Shown piece after piece: positions 45,221-57,047 of a stretch of DNA of 64,000 bases. Made by a program: the position numbers and the translations under genes. Below the pieces are notes generated by a model. It saw only the letters and a list, made by a program, of their open reading frames with translations, made no database searches and was not told the origin of the DNA. Location: sequence record LR756500.1. One strand, 5' to 3'. Every line of letters starts with the position of its first letter. Within the stretch, counting starts at the first letter, position 1.

Positions 45221-48200
45221 TTATTTACTTCCACTTCTATTAGAAGTACTAGATTCTGAACTTGTTTCAACTATACTTGGAGAAATAGATGATAATGTTT
45301 GTCTAACATCATCTAATGCAGCTTGTATATTTCTAGTTGGTATTTTATCTAGATTTAAATTATCTGATTTATATTTAGCAGAAATTTCTATATCAAATGA
45401 AAATATATTTTGATTATAATCATATAAGTCAATACCCATTTTTTTAGCATAAATAATATTAGTAACAGTTGCATTTTTTTCGCCTGCAATATTTCCTAAT
45501 CCTGTACTGCCTTGACCCCAATAATCTGTCATTCTAAATTGGAATATAATTGGAATACGAATAGAATTAGTCGAACCAAATTTTAATTCTTTTATAGATA
45601 TAGCACTTTTTCCATCAACTATTAAATCATCATGTGTATTTGAAGCTAAAAATAAATAACAACCACAAGATCTTTTTCCTAATAAATATTGATCATTAGA
45701 ATCAAAAGATGTTTTAATAGTTCTATTATATACTATATCAGATATTGTACCACCTGCATTTGTTATATCAATAGCATTTGTTACCGATGCATCATATAAA
45801 TACAAATTTTGTTTTTTACCTAATTTAGATGATGCACTTAAAGGTGCAAATCTTGATTGTATAAATAATTGTTTTGCTAAAGTACTCCATGGATCAACAA
45901 TAACATCAGGTAAAGTAGTTCCTGTAATAGTGTTATACATTGAAATAAAAGTAGTTTTATTTTTAATATATGGATGTTCTATATGAAGTTCAATAGTATC
46001 ATCAATAGATGAATCAAAATCATTAGCTCTATATGGATCACCAGATGGATTAAAATTAGCACCCCATATAAAATCAGTAGTTAAACTACTTGTACCTAAT
46101 ATAGTTCTTCCATAAGAATATTCAGCGTCATTAACATTAGTAATTTTAGTACCTGTTTCAATACCATTCATATCAGGTTGATCATATGAATAAAATATTT
46201 CCTCTGATGCAACATCTTTATATCTACAATAGATAAATTGTGATTTAACTTGTGATGATTGAAATGGATTTTTAACATTTATTTCTGAATCAACTGTTGT
46301 AGGATTAGCTAATACTATTGGAACTAAATCATATTTTAATTTAGTATTATAAGTATCATCTGTACTTGAATATGAAGGATTACCTTCTATTAAAATACTG
46401 TTATTATTATAATATGAATAAGAAGCTGGAATTATATTTGGAGAAGTTGATGGTTCTGATGCATTAACTTTTCTAGTGTAACTGCCTGGTATTCTAGATA
46501 TTAATTCTAATGTAGTTGCTTCAGAATTTTCTAATGTAAGGAAGAATGTTTTGCTCACAATAACTCCTTTTTTAATATCTAAATCTTTAACAATATCAGA
46601 ATAATATCCAGCAAAGAATTTATTTAATTGATTTTTCTTAATTAAAGTTTCATTTCCATTTTCATCAATCATTTTAATAACCAAATTACCTTTAGCTTTC
46701 TTAAGTATTTCTTCTAATTGAGCTAATCTTGTTTCATAAGATACTAATTTATCAAATAATGTAATAGGAGTTTGTTCTGGACTTAAAAATCCTGATGCGA
46801 TTTTAGTTGAGTCATGCGCAAAATAATTCTCTTTAGCAGTAAATGAATCAGAAATATGTTGTAATACTCCTTTAGAAGATAAATCTTCTTGCATATTTAC
46901 TTGTGCTAATTGAATAGTATTATTTTCAACTATTTGAGATAAAGCATCTTCATTACCTAAATTATCTGGAAAATCTTTTCTTATTATAGTAGACCAATCA
47001 GATTTTGCAGGGTTGCTTGGCCAGCCCGCTTCACTTACTGTTCTAACTTTTATTTCAATTGATTCACCTTTGCTTATAGGAATATCAATTGTATTAATAT
47101 TATTTTGATCTCCATCTTCTGGATTTTCTTCTTTCCAAATATATCTATTTAGTACTTCATCAAATATTCTTTCTCTAATTTTTCCTTCTACTTCAACCCA
47201 TGGAGACCATGTACCTCTTTTTTCAACACCACCATCAGAAAAATTATATTGTTTAGTATTAGATAAATTGCCGTCTTTAGATAAATATCTATAAGCATAT
47301 ATAAATTGAATAATAGTTTGATCTCCAGTTTCAATAGAGTATTTAGGTTTAGGCATTGGAAAATAACCTCTTAAATGGTATTTTCTTTTTACATCAGTTA
47401 AATTTTGATCTTTTACTTTAGCATCTACTTGTTTAATGAGTGAAGAAAATAATTGAGATTTTGAATTTCTTTCAGTTATTAATTTATTTTGTTCTGTTTT
47501 ATCAGTTTCTTTTTGCGATGAATTACCTTTATAATTCTTTGTTGCTATAGTTTCTTTTTTATTAAAAATAGCTTTATCAATTTCTTTAATTTCATTTTCT
47601 AATGAAATCTTATCTTTATGTAAAGTTTCTAATTCTTTAATAGACTTATTAGCAGTAATATGATCATTAATTTGTACAACTTCAAAATTAGTATCTACTA
47701 AAATAGGTATATCAGGTGTAATAGCTAATATAGATGGTGGTATATTATCTTTAGCCATTGATCTTAAAAATACACTAAAATCAGTTACCTCATTTTTATA
47801 ATAAGTTTCTAATTTTTGAGTTTGACCATTAACATTTATTTGTAATTCATTTGTATAAAATGAAGAACCTAATGACCAATTTTTAGCAGGTATTTTAGAA
47901 TCAGGATCAATTGGTTTTAAAAATACAACGCAATATTGATCATATCCTATTCCTATTTGAGCTTCAATTGTATCAGCTTTCTCATTAAAGAATATTAAAG
48001 TATTTGTACCTATTTGAATACTTCTTTGACCTTCTAATAATTCCAGTACAATACTGTTTGTTGATGAATCTATAGAAGTAATTTTGTATTTAGTGTCCAA
48101 TGGACTAGAATTTACTATAAGATGATCACCTACTCTTAAACTAACTGTATCGGAAAATTTAGAATCATTATCAGTATAAGTTAATTTATTTAATTTATAA

Positions 48201-48916
48201 AGTTTTCTTCTTTTAATTATTGTTACACCATTAATAGTTTCTTCTACATTAGTATCATTAATTCTTAATACATTAAATGTTCCGGTATATCTAATTGTTC
48301 TTGGTGGAATATCCATTATTTCATCATCTGGTATATAAGATATTTTCATATCTATAATATCTTTTAAGAATGTTGAATATTGTATATCAGATTTATTTTT
48401 ATAATTGTTATCATACCATGTTTTTTTAGTAAGTGTATCTAGATTCAAAATAAATTTTGATACCATTATTTTTTCAATATCATTAGAAACCTGTCCAGTG
48501 ATATCAAAAGAAACATACATAAATGGATTAATAAAATTTTCAAAGAAATAATTATTTTGTATATCGAAATTGGTTATAGTATTTAGTTCCTTTAAATCAT
48601 TTGCTTCTCTTTTTATATCGGTAACAAATATCTTTCTGAATGTTCCATCTGGCATTCTTAAATTACTTTGACTAGTACTAATTCCTCCTAATGATTCAAT
48701 ATTATTATTTAATCTTTCAATTTCGCCTTTAAGAAAACCAAAACTTGGAATAAATATTCTTTTAATATTATTATTACTATCAACAAGATCAAGAGCAACT
48801 GTTTCATTACTAGTAGTAATTGCTTCAGTTACTTTGTCGAATGATTCCATAGAATTATTAAATTGCTTTAATAATTCAGGTAACATTGTAGATATACTAT
48901 TTATGCTTTCTTTCAT
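45221..48916 (-). CDS. Large virion structural protein with central coiled coil and FN3-like segment
   Basis: 1231 aa, with IEIKVRTVSEAGWP..P.KSDWS (FN3-like end); structural context. Confidence 0.55.
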   Translation of the reverse strand: MKESINSISTMLPELLKQFNNSMESFDKVTEAITTSNETVALDLVDSNNNIKRIFIPSFGFLKGEIERLNNNIESLGGISTSQSNLRMPDGTFRKIFVTDIKREANDLKELNTITNFDIQNNYFFENFINPFMYVSFDITGQVSNDIEKIMVSKFILNLDTLTKKTWYDNNYKNKSDIQYSTFLKDIIDMKISYIPDDEIMDIPPRTIRYTGTFNVLRINDTNVEETINGVTIIKRRKLYKLNKLTYTDNDSKFSDTVSLRVGDHLIVNSSPLDTKYKITSIDSSTNSIVLELLEGQRSIQIGTNTLIFFNEKADTIEAQIGIGYDQYCVVFLKPIDPDSKIPAKNWSLGSSFYTNELQINVNGQTQKLETYYKNEVTDFSVFLRSMAKDNIPPSILAITPDIPILVDTNFEVVQINDHITANKSIKELETLHKDKISLENEIKEIDKAIFNKKETIATKNYKGNSSQKETDKTEQNKLITERNSKSQLFSSLIKQVDAKVKDQNLTDVKRKYHLRGYFPMPKPKYSIETGDQTIIQFIYAYRYLSKDGNLSNTKQYNFSDGGVEKRGTWSPWVEVEGKIRERIFDEVLNRYIWKEENPEDGDQNNINTIDIPISKGESIEIKVRTVSEAGWPSNPAKSDWSTIIRKDFPDNLGNEDALSQIVENNTIQLAQVNMQEDLSSKGVLQHISDSFTAKENYFAHDSTKIASGFLSPEQTPITLFDKLVSYETRLAQLEEILKKAKGNLVIKMIDENGNETLIKKNQLNKFFAGYYSDIVKDLDIKKGVIVSKTFFLTLENSEATTLELISRIPGSYTRKVNASEPSTSPNIIPASYSYYNNNSILIEGNPSYSSTDDTYNTKLKYDLVPIVLANPTTVDSEINVKNPFQSSQVKSQFIYCRYKDVASEEIFYSYDQPDMNGIETGTKITNVNDAEYSYGRTILGTSSLTTDFIWGANFNPSGDPYRANDFDSSIDDTIELHIEHPYIKNKTTFISMYNTITGTTLPDVIVDPWSTLAKQLFIQSRFAPLSASSKLGKKQNLYLYDASVTNAIDITNAGGTISDIVYNRTIKTSFDSNDQYLLGKRSCGCYLFLASNTHDDLIVDGKSAISIKELKFGSTNSIRIPIIFQFRMTDYWGQGSTGLGNIAGEKNATVTNIIYAKKMGIDLYDYNQNIFSFDIEISAKYKSDNLNLDKIPTRNIQAALDDVRQTLSSISPSIVETSSESSTSNRSGSK

Positions 48917-48931
48917 TATTAATAAAATTAA

Positions 48932-50032
48932 TTATTTTGATTCTTCTTTCCATGCATCTATTGCAGCCTGCATTGTTTCATAATCTTCTTTATGTTCTTT
49001 ATAAAATTTCTCGGCTTCAGCTGCATCATTTAAAGATAATTTATATGTTCTACTTATAATTAAATGATTAACGCATTTATTCAAAAATACTTTATAATTG
49101 TCACTTTCTCTTAATGCAAGTGCAGCATCACCTATTAAACTATTATATCTATCCCATACTTCTTTTACTTCTCTTTCTTTAATATTACTATCTAATAGTT
49201 TTAAATCATCTTCCATATCAACAAAACTAAATGCTTCTATTGCAGTAAATCCATATTTTTGTTGTAGGTCAATCCATCGTTGACTATGTTTATAAGGATC
49301 TGAACCTATTTGAGATTTTCTTTCAGATGATCTTTCTCTATGTAATGAATTATAAACATTTTGTAAAACACTACTAACTTCGCCTGGTTTATCTTTCATT
49401 AATTCATCAAGTTTTAATAATATAGGACTTATGTTTTTTTCATATCTATTATAATCTTCTGGATTACCTGAAGTTCTACCTCTTGTAGCATCATTAACAT
49501 CCTTATAATCTTTTTTAATTTGTCCATCTGCCATTTTATCAAAATTTCCATATGCAAATTTTTCATCATCAGTTGCAGTATCGGTCTTTAATGCATTAGC
49601 ATCTTTAATTCCTTTTAATTGTTCTCCCCTAAAAACTTTTCTTAAATATACATTAGTGCCTGCTATTTGCTGCGCATCCTTTTCCATTTCGTTTGCTGTA
49701 TCTAAAATTGGATCATTTTTCTTTTTAATTATTTGATCTAATTTAGATATATCAAAATATTCATTAGCTAAAATCATTTCTCTAACTTTACGTCTAGCTG
49801 CATCAGTATTTTGAGCTGCTTCTAATCTTAGTGCATTTACTTTCTTCATTATTTTTCTAATCTTAGGAGCAGTAAACATCCAATTTCCTATTTTACTAAA
49901 AATACCTTCTTCAATTAATTCCATTAAAATTTCATAATCTTCAATAGATTCAATTAAATAATTTTCATTATTTTTAATTTCAATTTTTTTAGAAAAATTT
50001 TCATATTTATTAATATATTTCATTTCTTTCAT
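48932..50032 (-). CDS. Helical hypothetical protein with capsid-targeting-like tag
   Basis: MKEMKYINKYENF, then LIE/IEEG sites typical of processed head proteins. Confidence 0.55.
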   Translation of the reverse strand: MKEMKYINKYENFSKKIEIKNNENYLIESIEDYEILMELIEEGIFSKIGNWMFTAPKIRKIMKKVNALRLEAAQNTDAARRKVREMILANEYFDISKLDQIIKKKNDPILDTANEMEKDAQQIAGTNVYLRKVFRGEQLKGIKDANALKTDTATDDEKFAYGNFDKMADGQIKKDYKDVNDATRGRTSGNPEDYNRYEKNISPILLKLDELMKDKPGEVSSVLQNVYNSLHRERSSERKSQIGSDPYKHSQRWIDLQQKYGFTAIEAFSFVDMEDDLKLLDSNIKEREVKEVWDRYNSLIGDAALALRESDNYKVFLNKCVNHLIISRTYKLSLNDAAEAEKFYKEHKEDYETMQAAIDAWKEESK

Positions 50033-50036
50033 TTTT

Positions 50037-52139
50037 TTATCTAATTATATCTACATCAAATGTATAGCTTTGACTATTTAAACAAATTAATTCAAATATA
50101 GGTCTTGCACTTAATAAATCTAAATATGATATAGTTGCTATTTTTAATCCATATTGTCCATTTCCAAATACATTTGCTTTATCTGTATATATTTCTATAC
50201 TGTATTCTTGTAAAAGTAATTCTGTAGGAAATACAAATTTAATAATTTGACCCTTTTCAAAACTTCTATTAGCATCATTTATATAAATTTTAAGAGTATT
50301 TAAAGCAGTATTAATTGTATATAATCTACACATATTAGTAAATTCCAATAACTCAAAATATACTCTAATATCAGATCTATTTAAATCTAACTCATGATTA
50401 AATTCAGCTGAAATTTCTTTATCATTTATATCATACGGAATAACAATATTATATTCTTGATTTACGTTGTTTATAATAACTCTATTTGGAACACTTTTAT
50501 CTAATCGTACTCCTTTTCCACTTTGTAATACATTTGTATTATAAGTTAAATTAATTGAAAGATTTCCACTTATAATATTTTGTATCTCGTCAGAATTAGC
50601 AGCTATTAAATCTAATAATGTTGTACTACTAGCAAAAGCTAATTGAGCATTATTTAATTGTGTTTGTAAATCTTCAATTCTAGTTTCTAATGTTTGAATT
50701 GAATCTAATGCATAAGATGTATTTTCTAAATCTGTAACTCTTATTTTTAAATCTCCTAATTCTAATATTCCATTTGTTAATATAACTGAAGCCTCCTGTA
50801 ATTTAGCAGTAGCTTCAGAAAATAAACCCATTGAAAAATTATTATATTCATTTACTATTGTAAATACTCCACCTTGTTCAATAGAAACATCTTGTTTAGT
50901 ATTAAGACTTAATCCATATGAATTTCCATTTAATTTAGTAATTTCATTCGGTTTATATTTTTTAAATCTTGGTATATAACCACCATCACTAGTAGATTTA
51001 ACATTATCTAAAAATAATATTCCATAAAGATTTGTAGCTCTATCTAATACTTGTGTTGCATCAAAAATATCATAATAAATAAGAACGGCATTAAATTCAA
51101 AATTTTTAGATTTTGCCATTGAATTATATTGTTGAATATTTTGAATATTAGAATCATTAATAATATCATAATAACTTTCAGGTTCAAAATCAACAGAAAT
51201 TCCGTCTAATTTTGATCTTTTATATGCAACTCCACCACTTTGTCCAGCTACATAATCATCATAATATTTTTTAATATTAACATTAGTAGGATCTGTAAAT
51301 GAATTTAGTTCTGTAAAATAACTATTTACGTTACCGCCACTAATTGATTCATTATGCCAATTAGCATTAGGATCAGTATAGTCAACTGATGCATCATAAT
51401 CATAAAAAGCATTAATGCTTAATCCATCAGGATGTATAGTACCTGAAGTTCTTCCTTGTAAATATTCTCCAGATCCTGTTATAATAAGATTAGGTTTATA
51501 ATTAGTATCTGAAAGTGCATCAAATAAAACCATTGGTGTATTACCAACTAATGTAGGTATTCTAATATAAACTTCCGTATACGTTTCTCCTGCAAGTTCT
51601 ACACTATTCATTACATCTAATTCACCTATATATGTTACAACTTTTTGGTATCTTGTTGTTCCTGTTAAATTTTCATCTTCTTCTACAAATCTAGGTGCTC
51701 CTATATTAGTATTTACTTCCGTAGAAGTAGCTTCTCTAAATCTTATTGCACCTATTTCTTTTAACCATTTAAAAAATATTCTTTCAGAAGTAGATTTCTT
51801 AGATGATGCATCATAATCAGTATCAGATAATACTAAAGCTTCCATATTTAAAACGTAATTTTGAAAACTTTGTATTAAATCAACATTTGGATCACCCGTT
51901 AATCCACCATTAAATAAAGTACCATCAATAGTTTCTAATTGAACATAATTTTCATAATGTCCAAATGTAGCAAAATCTAATTTACTTATATTTGGAATAT
52001 TCAAACATACAAATTTTGAAAATTCAAGTTTTAAATTTTCATTTGCTTTTATTTTTGTAAAATCTCGAGCAGCAGAAGAAAAAGCATAGAAAGTTCCGCC
52101 TTGTATATTTAAATTCTTAATAAGTGGACCGGATGCCAT
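50037..52139 (-). CDS. Putative virion structural protein
   Basis: 700-aa ORF with a central coiled coil; structural context. Confidence 0.55.
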   Translation of the reverse strand: MASGPLIKNLNIQGGTFYAFSSAARDFTKIKANENLKLEFSKFVCLNIPNISKLDFATFGHYENYVQLETIDGTLFNGGLTGDPNVDLIQSFQNYVLNMEALVLSDTDYDASSKKSTSERIFFKWLKEIGAIRFREATSTEVNTNIGAPRFVEEDENLTGTTRYQKVVTYIGELDVMNSVELAGETYTEVYIRIPTLVGNTPMVLFDALSDTNYKPNLIITGSGEYLQGRTSGTIHPDGLSINAFYDYDASVDYTDPNANWHNESISGGNVNSYFTELNSFTDPTNVNIKKYYDDYVAGQSGGVAYKRSKLDGISVDFEPESYYDIINDSNIQNIQQYNSMAKSKNFEFNAVLIYYDIFDATQVLDRATNLYGILFLDNVKSTSDGGYIPRFKKYKPNEITKLNGNSYGLSLNTKQDVSIEQGGVFTIVNEYNNFSMGLFSEATAKLQEASVILTNGILELGDLKIRVTDLENTSYALDSIQTLETRIEDLQTQLNNAQLAFASSTTLLDLIAANSDEIQNIISGNLSINLTYNTNVLQSGKGVRLDKSVPNRVIINNVNQEYNIVIPYDINDKEISAEFNHELDLNRSDIRVYFELLEFTNMCRLYTINTALNTLKIYINDANRSFEKGQIIKFVFPTELLLQEYSIEIYTDKANVFGNGQYGLKIATISYLDLLSARPIFELICLNSQSYTFDVDIIR

Positions 52140-53343
52140 AATTGTAATTTTTATTATTTATTATATATTCATTTTTATAAACCCAGAAGTACCCATTATA
52201 TATACTTTTATCAGATATTGATTTCCTAATTTTTATTAAATTATAATTAAGCTCTTTTATTTCTCCTATGTTATACCATTCTTTTACTATATTACTATTA
52301 ATATCTAATTGTAAAATAGGTTTAGATGAATGGTTATTTTTTCCTTTTTTACCATACATTCCATTTTTACTACCCATTTTAGATTCGCTTAATTTTTTTC
52401 TATATTCTGTACTATTCATTGCATTTCTCCATGCTTCTGAATTCTTAATTGCCTCACTCATTTTTTTGCTATATTCTTTACTTTGCATAGCAATCTTGTG
52501 TGCCTCAGAATTTTTAATTATTTCAGATCTTTTTGTTCTATATTCTTCACTTTGCATAACAATCTTATGTGCATTTGAATTTTTAAGTGCTTCACTTTGC
52601 TTTTTTCTATTAGCATCTATACTATAATATTTTTTTAAACTATTACTTACTTTTTTATTGCGCTCTTTACTTCGCATAGCGATCTTATGTGCCTCAGAAT
52701 TTTTAATAATTTTACTCATTAATATACTTCTTTCTTCACTATGTATATAAGTTTGAAATTTTTCTGAGTTTTTTAATGATTCACTTATTTTTTTACCATG
52801 TTCTTCACTATGTATGCTATTTTGAAATTTTTCAGAATTTTTTAATGATTCGCTTAATTTTTTTCTATATTCTGTACTTTTCATAAGAGTCTTATGAATT
52901 TCAGAATTTTTTAATCCATCTGAAAGCTTTTTTAAATATACTGGATCTAAATATAATTGTTTTCTTATTATTGAATTTTTTAATCCATCTGAAATTTTTT
53001 TTCTTATTTCTTCGCTCGGATTTAATTTTATTAAACTTATTTTTTTCTTAGTTTCTTCACTATGCTTTAAGTTAGTCATAGGAGCTTCACCACCTAAAGA
53101 AATGTTATAACCTATACTTTTATTACTTGAATTATAATAAGATATCCAATATATTTCTCTATCATTTAAATACTCTCTTTTTTCACATTCCTCAAGTATT
53201 TCTTTCTTAAAGTTTTCTTTTCCATATTTATTTATTGCTTTTATAATAAGCAAACCTGATCCTAAATATTCAGGATCATTTTTGTATGATTGTCCAATAT
53301 AAATTTTATTGTTAATCAAATTTGTAGTTTTATAAATTATCAT
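52117..53343 (-). CDS. GIY-YIG homing endonuclease with NUMOD3-like repeats and C-terminal NUMOD1-like HTH
   Basis: IIYKTTNLINNKIYIGQS...YLGSG...E.YWI, GYN...GG, HSEETKKKIS and about 10 KKLSESLKNSE-type repeats. Confidence 0.9.
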   Translation of the reverse strand: MIIYKTTNLINNKIYIGQSYKNDPEYLGSGLLIIKAINKYGKENFKKEILEECEKREYLNDREIYWISYYNSSNKSIGYNISLGGEAPMTNLKHSEETKKKISLIKLNPSEEIRKKISDGLKNSIIRKQLYLDPVYLKKLSDGLKNSEIHKTLMKSTEYRKKLSESLKNSEKFQNSIHSEEHGKKISESLKNSEKFQTYIHSEERSILMSKIIKNSEAHKIAMRSKERNKKVSNSLKKYYSIDANRKKQSEALKNSNAHKIVMQSEEYRTKRSEIIKNSEAHKIAMQSKEYSKKMSEAIKNSEAWRNAMNSTEYRKKLSESKMGSKNGMYGKKGKNNHSSKPILQLDINSNIVKEWYNIGEIKELNYNLIKIRKSISDKSIYNGYFWVYKNEYIINNKNYNYGIRSTY

Positions 53344-53418
53344 AATGACATATTTTATTATATATCATATAACCAACATGTAATTGTATAATTTATATAT
53401 AAGTGCTATGTGACTTAT

Positions 53419-54036
53419 TTATACTATTGAATATAAATGTCCTCCAAGTATATACCATTCTTTAGTTCCAACATCGTTTGTAATACACAATAATTTTACA
53501 GTCTGTCCAACAGTATTTAAATCTATTTGACTTGTTCCCATAAAAGGAACACTACCTCCTGCTATAATTGATACTGTACCACTATTAGCTTTATCATATA
53601 CAAAAGTAATTTCTTGTCCTATTTCGCCTTCAAATAATTCAATTATTACAGGTTGTGTACCATTAGGATTTGTAACTCTATAAATACCATACTCTGGTAC
53701 AGAGGTTCCGGAACCAATACTTGTATCATCACTTATTGTATTTGAAAAAATATTATTTGATAATATTTTTCCTGTTAAATTTACATCTCCATTAATAGTT
53801 ATATCAGTATTTAATGAAGAGTTTGATGCTGATATAGATAATAATGTTGTATTTAATCCAACTACAAGATTATCACTAGATATACTATTCATATTATCTA
53901 AGATTGCACTTGATGGATCAAAATATGTTTCAATTAAATTTATCTCATTTTTTAAAACAGTAAAATTTGTATTAATTACTGTTCTAGATCCAGATAATGA
54001 ATCTGTACCTAAAATTTCCGTTACGGCTATACTCAT
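53419..54036 (-). CDS. Putative tail/baseplate structural protein
   Basis: The N-terminal I.EILGTDSLS.SR..IN.NF motif matches the start of the 35150..40519 fibre (IKEILASDNVS..V..LN.NF). Confidence 0.6.
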   Translation of the reverse strand: MSIAVTEILGTDSLSGSRTVINTNFTVLKNEINLIETYFDPSSAILDNMNSISSDNLVVGLNTTLLSISASNSSLNTDITINGDVNLTGKILSNNIFSNTISDDTSIGSGTSVPEYGIYRVTNPNGTQPVIIELFEGEIGQEITFVYDKANSGTVSIIAGGSVPFMGTSQIDLNTVGQTVKLLCITNDVGTKEWYILGGHLYSIV

Positions 54037-54050
54037 AGTTTATATTTTAT

Positions 54051-57047
54051 TTATTCTATTATTATTAAATTTTTATCAATTTGTTTTCTATTTCCATTAG
54101 TATCTTCAATTGCTAAAGAAATTGTATAATTTCCATTTTCAGTGAACATATAATTTAATTGCTTTTGGTTAAAATATATATTAGAAAAATTATCGTTAGT
54201 ATTGTTTTTTATAGTCCAAAGTGGTTTAGTTTTTCCAGGAATTTTACATTTATCATAAGAAAAACTAATATATGTAAATGGTTTTAAAATTTTATATGTA
54301 TCTAACAAATTTAAATTATCCCATGTTGGATTTGTAACTCGACTATTTTTCCATTTCTCAATAATTACTTTTCCTGGAGTACCAGATATTGAATTAATAT
54401 CAGCTCCTTTTCCAGCAAATTTAGCTACTGCTAAAATATATTTAACTTCATTATTTTCATCTAATACTGCATTATATACATATCTAGAAAATATAGTATC
54501 TTTACTATTATTCAATTCCGTTGCAGCATTAATTAAATCATAGCATTTAAAGGTATGTACGTGGGTATTAATACCGTCATCTAGGATTAAATCAGAACCA
54601 TAGTATATATTGGTAATTTTAAAATACGTATTGCTATCACCGCTTACATCCGTTGAATCCCACCATAAATGTGTAGTGTCATTCCATAATCCATCAGTTA
54701 AATTATCCCAGAAATAAGGACCTGGATAACTTATTTCATCATAAGCAGTAAATGTTTGTATATATGTTTTAGGATCAATATTATTAGGTAATGAATTTGC
54801 TCTATCTAAAACATCATACCAACTTAAATCACAATTATTCCATATTGTATCTTGAACTAATGGTAAATCCCAGTATGATCCATATTTATCCCAGGAAGTA
54901 TTAGCATTTTTCCATTCATATTTTTCATTTCTATATTTATAAAATCCTATAAAATCACTTTCTTTATCTTCAACAGTAATATGATTATATTTTATATCAT
55001 AAGACATATGATTAAACGTATCATATAATTTTAATTCTATTGTATATTCTCCTACATAAGGAAGATTTACTGGATATACTTCATAATCTGCAATTGCACC
55101 TCTTACATTATGATAAAATTCTGGAGTGGTATCAGCAGATTTGAAAACAGTCCATTCTATATCGTAAAAGCTACCTCTCAGAATACTATCCCAAGTATAC
55201 ATATTAGATAAAGAAATATTTTTTGTTTTAAAATCAGTATATATACTTCCTATATTATCAACACTTGTTACAAAGTTAAAATGTATTTGTTGTGATGCAA
55301 CATTTATTCCTTTAACTCTAACAGCATATCCTAAATCTGTTTCTACTACAGTAGGATAAAATCGTTCCCATGGAAGTCCATCACTAGTTATTTTTGTCCA
55401 CCATAATACAACTAAATTTTCACTTATTTCTTTACTTGTATCTCCAGGTTGTGCTTGATATTCAATTTCTTGTCCAGAAATAGTTTCACTAATTTTAAAT
55501 ATTGTATATGACGTAACACTAATAGGTTCAAAATCATAAATATGATTTGCATCAGTATCTAAATTATTCCAAGTTAACATATAAGAATTATCCCAAGTTA
55601 TATCAAAACTTGTATTTTCTAAAACTATTGGATATCCTACTGGTATGCCTTCTTTATCTGGAAATTGTTCTACTGTATTTAAATTTGGATAATAATTTTG
55701 AAAATATGCTAATAAAACATTGGAGATATCTCCAAGTGTTATATCAGTAGCTTGAATTAATTCTCTAAAATCATGAGGAATATTCCATCCAGTATTTTCA
55801 GGCCATTGTAAATCTTCTATATTTCTCAAATCTATTACATAACCTGATGTTGAAGGGAGTACTTTAAATTTAGGATGTATACCAACATCAATATGTTGTC
55901 TTTCACTTATACATGGAAGAACTATTTCTTTTATCTTTGTAAAATAATCGGCTTCTGCTGTAATGTCTAATATTCTAGCATTTAATGGTAAGAAATGATT
56001 TTTTAAAATCTTTTGCAAACCCATAAACTTTATTAAAGCTTCTTCAATAGTATAATCGAAAGACTCTTCTGTTATTGGAATATCATATTCATCATAATAT
56101 CCTTCTTTATGTCTATTTATTCTAAATGATAAATTAAACATATTAGTTTTTCTATATGAATCACTTTTATCATTTATAATAGCGTCATTTAATTTAATAG
56201 AATTATCTTTTATACTAATAGATTTATTAGGAATATACTTACCATACTTAGAAGAATAAATATTTATATTTTTCCAATATTCTTTTATTACTAAATCATT
56301 ATATCCAAAGTATTTAATACTATTTATAAGTGCTTTATATGATCCAATATAAGGAACAATTTTATGGCCTTCTAATAATATTTCTTTTCTTTTTTCATTT
56401 AGAATAATATTATCTGATAGTTCTTCGTATATATCAGATTCTTTAAACATTGATAAATCATTTGCTATAAAATCATAACCCAAATTTTTAGTTAAGACTT
56501 TTAATCTTTCGTCTTCATCGACAGTTTCACCATAAAACTTTATTTGTGCAAATATATTTCCAGTATTTAAATCTCTTAATAATAATACTCTTTCATAAAT
56601 ATCTTCTTCATCAGAATTAATTGCTACATATAAAGATATAGGTTCATTATTAATAACATCAGTTATTTTTAATTCATCTATATTTAATGTTTCAGTTGGA
56701 TCAAGATCCAATTCTATTTCTAAAGTATCTATATTTTCTATAGTAGGAGAAGTAGTACTTTGATTAAATTGAAATAAAAATATTTTTAATGTACTATCAC
56801 TATACCACTCAGCTTGTATATTTTTATTAGTAGCAGATGGATCACTAATATGAGGTTTACCGTATTTTATAACAGAATTAGTAGTGACAAATTTTTCAAC
56901 TATAAATAGACTTTCTACCTCATATAAATTAGTAGAAACCTTAGGTAAAAATAAATTACCTATCCATTGATTACTTTCTGTATCAAATTCAAAATTGCAA
57001 TTTTGACCCAGCTTATTAAAAAAAAATAAATTTTTATAATCAGTCAT
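54051..57047 (-). CDS. Baseplate wedge-type protein with PKD-like domains (gp7-like position)
   Basis: IGSYKAL.NSIKYFGY motif; GEYTIELKLYD and GNYTISLAIED PKD-like ends; adjacent to the gp6-like gene. Confidence 0.55.
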   Translation of the reverse strand: MTDYKNLFFFNKLGQNCNFEFDTESNQWIGNLFLPKVSTNLYEVESLFIVEKFVTTNSVIKYGKPHISDPSATNKNIQAEWYSDSTLKIFLFQFNQSTTSPTIENIDTLEIELDLDPTETLNIDELKITDVINNEPISLYVAINSDEEDIYERVLLLRDLNTGNIFAQIKFYGETVDEDERLKVLTKNLGYDFIANDLSMFKESDIYEELSDNIILNEKRKEILLEGHKIVPYIGSYKALINSIKYFGYNDLVIKEYWKNINIYSSKYGKYIPNKSISIKDNSIKLNDAIINDKSDSYRKTNMFNLSFRINRHKEGYYDEYDIPITEESFDYTIEEALIKFMGLQKILKNHFLPLNARILDITAEADYFTKIKEIVLPCISERQHIDVGIHPKFKVLPSTSGYVIDLRNIEDLQWPENTGWNIPHDFRELIQATDITLGDISNVLLAYFQNYYPNLNTVEQFPDKEGIPVGYPIVLENTSFDITWDNSYMLTWNNLDTDANHIYDFEPISVTSYTIFKISETISGQEIEYQAQPGDTSKEISENLVVLWWTKITSDGLPWERFYPTVVETDLGYAVRVKGINVASQQIHFNFVTSVDNIGSIYTDFKTKNISLSNMYTWDSILRGSFYDIEWTVFKSADTTPEFYHNVRGAIADYEVYPVNLPYVGEYTIELKLYDTFNHMSYDIKYNHITVEDKESDFIGFYKYRNEKYEWKNANTSWDKYGSYWDLPLVQDTIWNNCDLSWYDVLDRANSLPNNIDPKTYIQTFTAYDEISYPGPYFWDNLTDGLWNDTTHLWWDSTDVSGDSNTYFKITNIYYGSDLILDDGINTHVHTFKCYDLINAATELNNSKDTIFSRYVYNAVLDENNEVKYILAVAKFAGKGADINSISGTPGKVIIEKWKNSRVTNPTWDNLNLLDTYKILKPFTYISFSYDKCKIPGKTKPLWTIKNNTNDNFSNIYFNQKQLNYMFTENGNYTISLAIEDTNGNRKQIDKNLIIIE

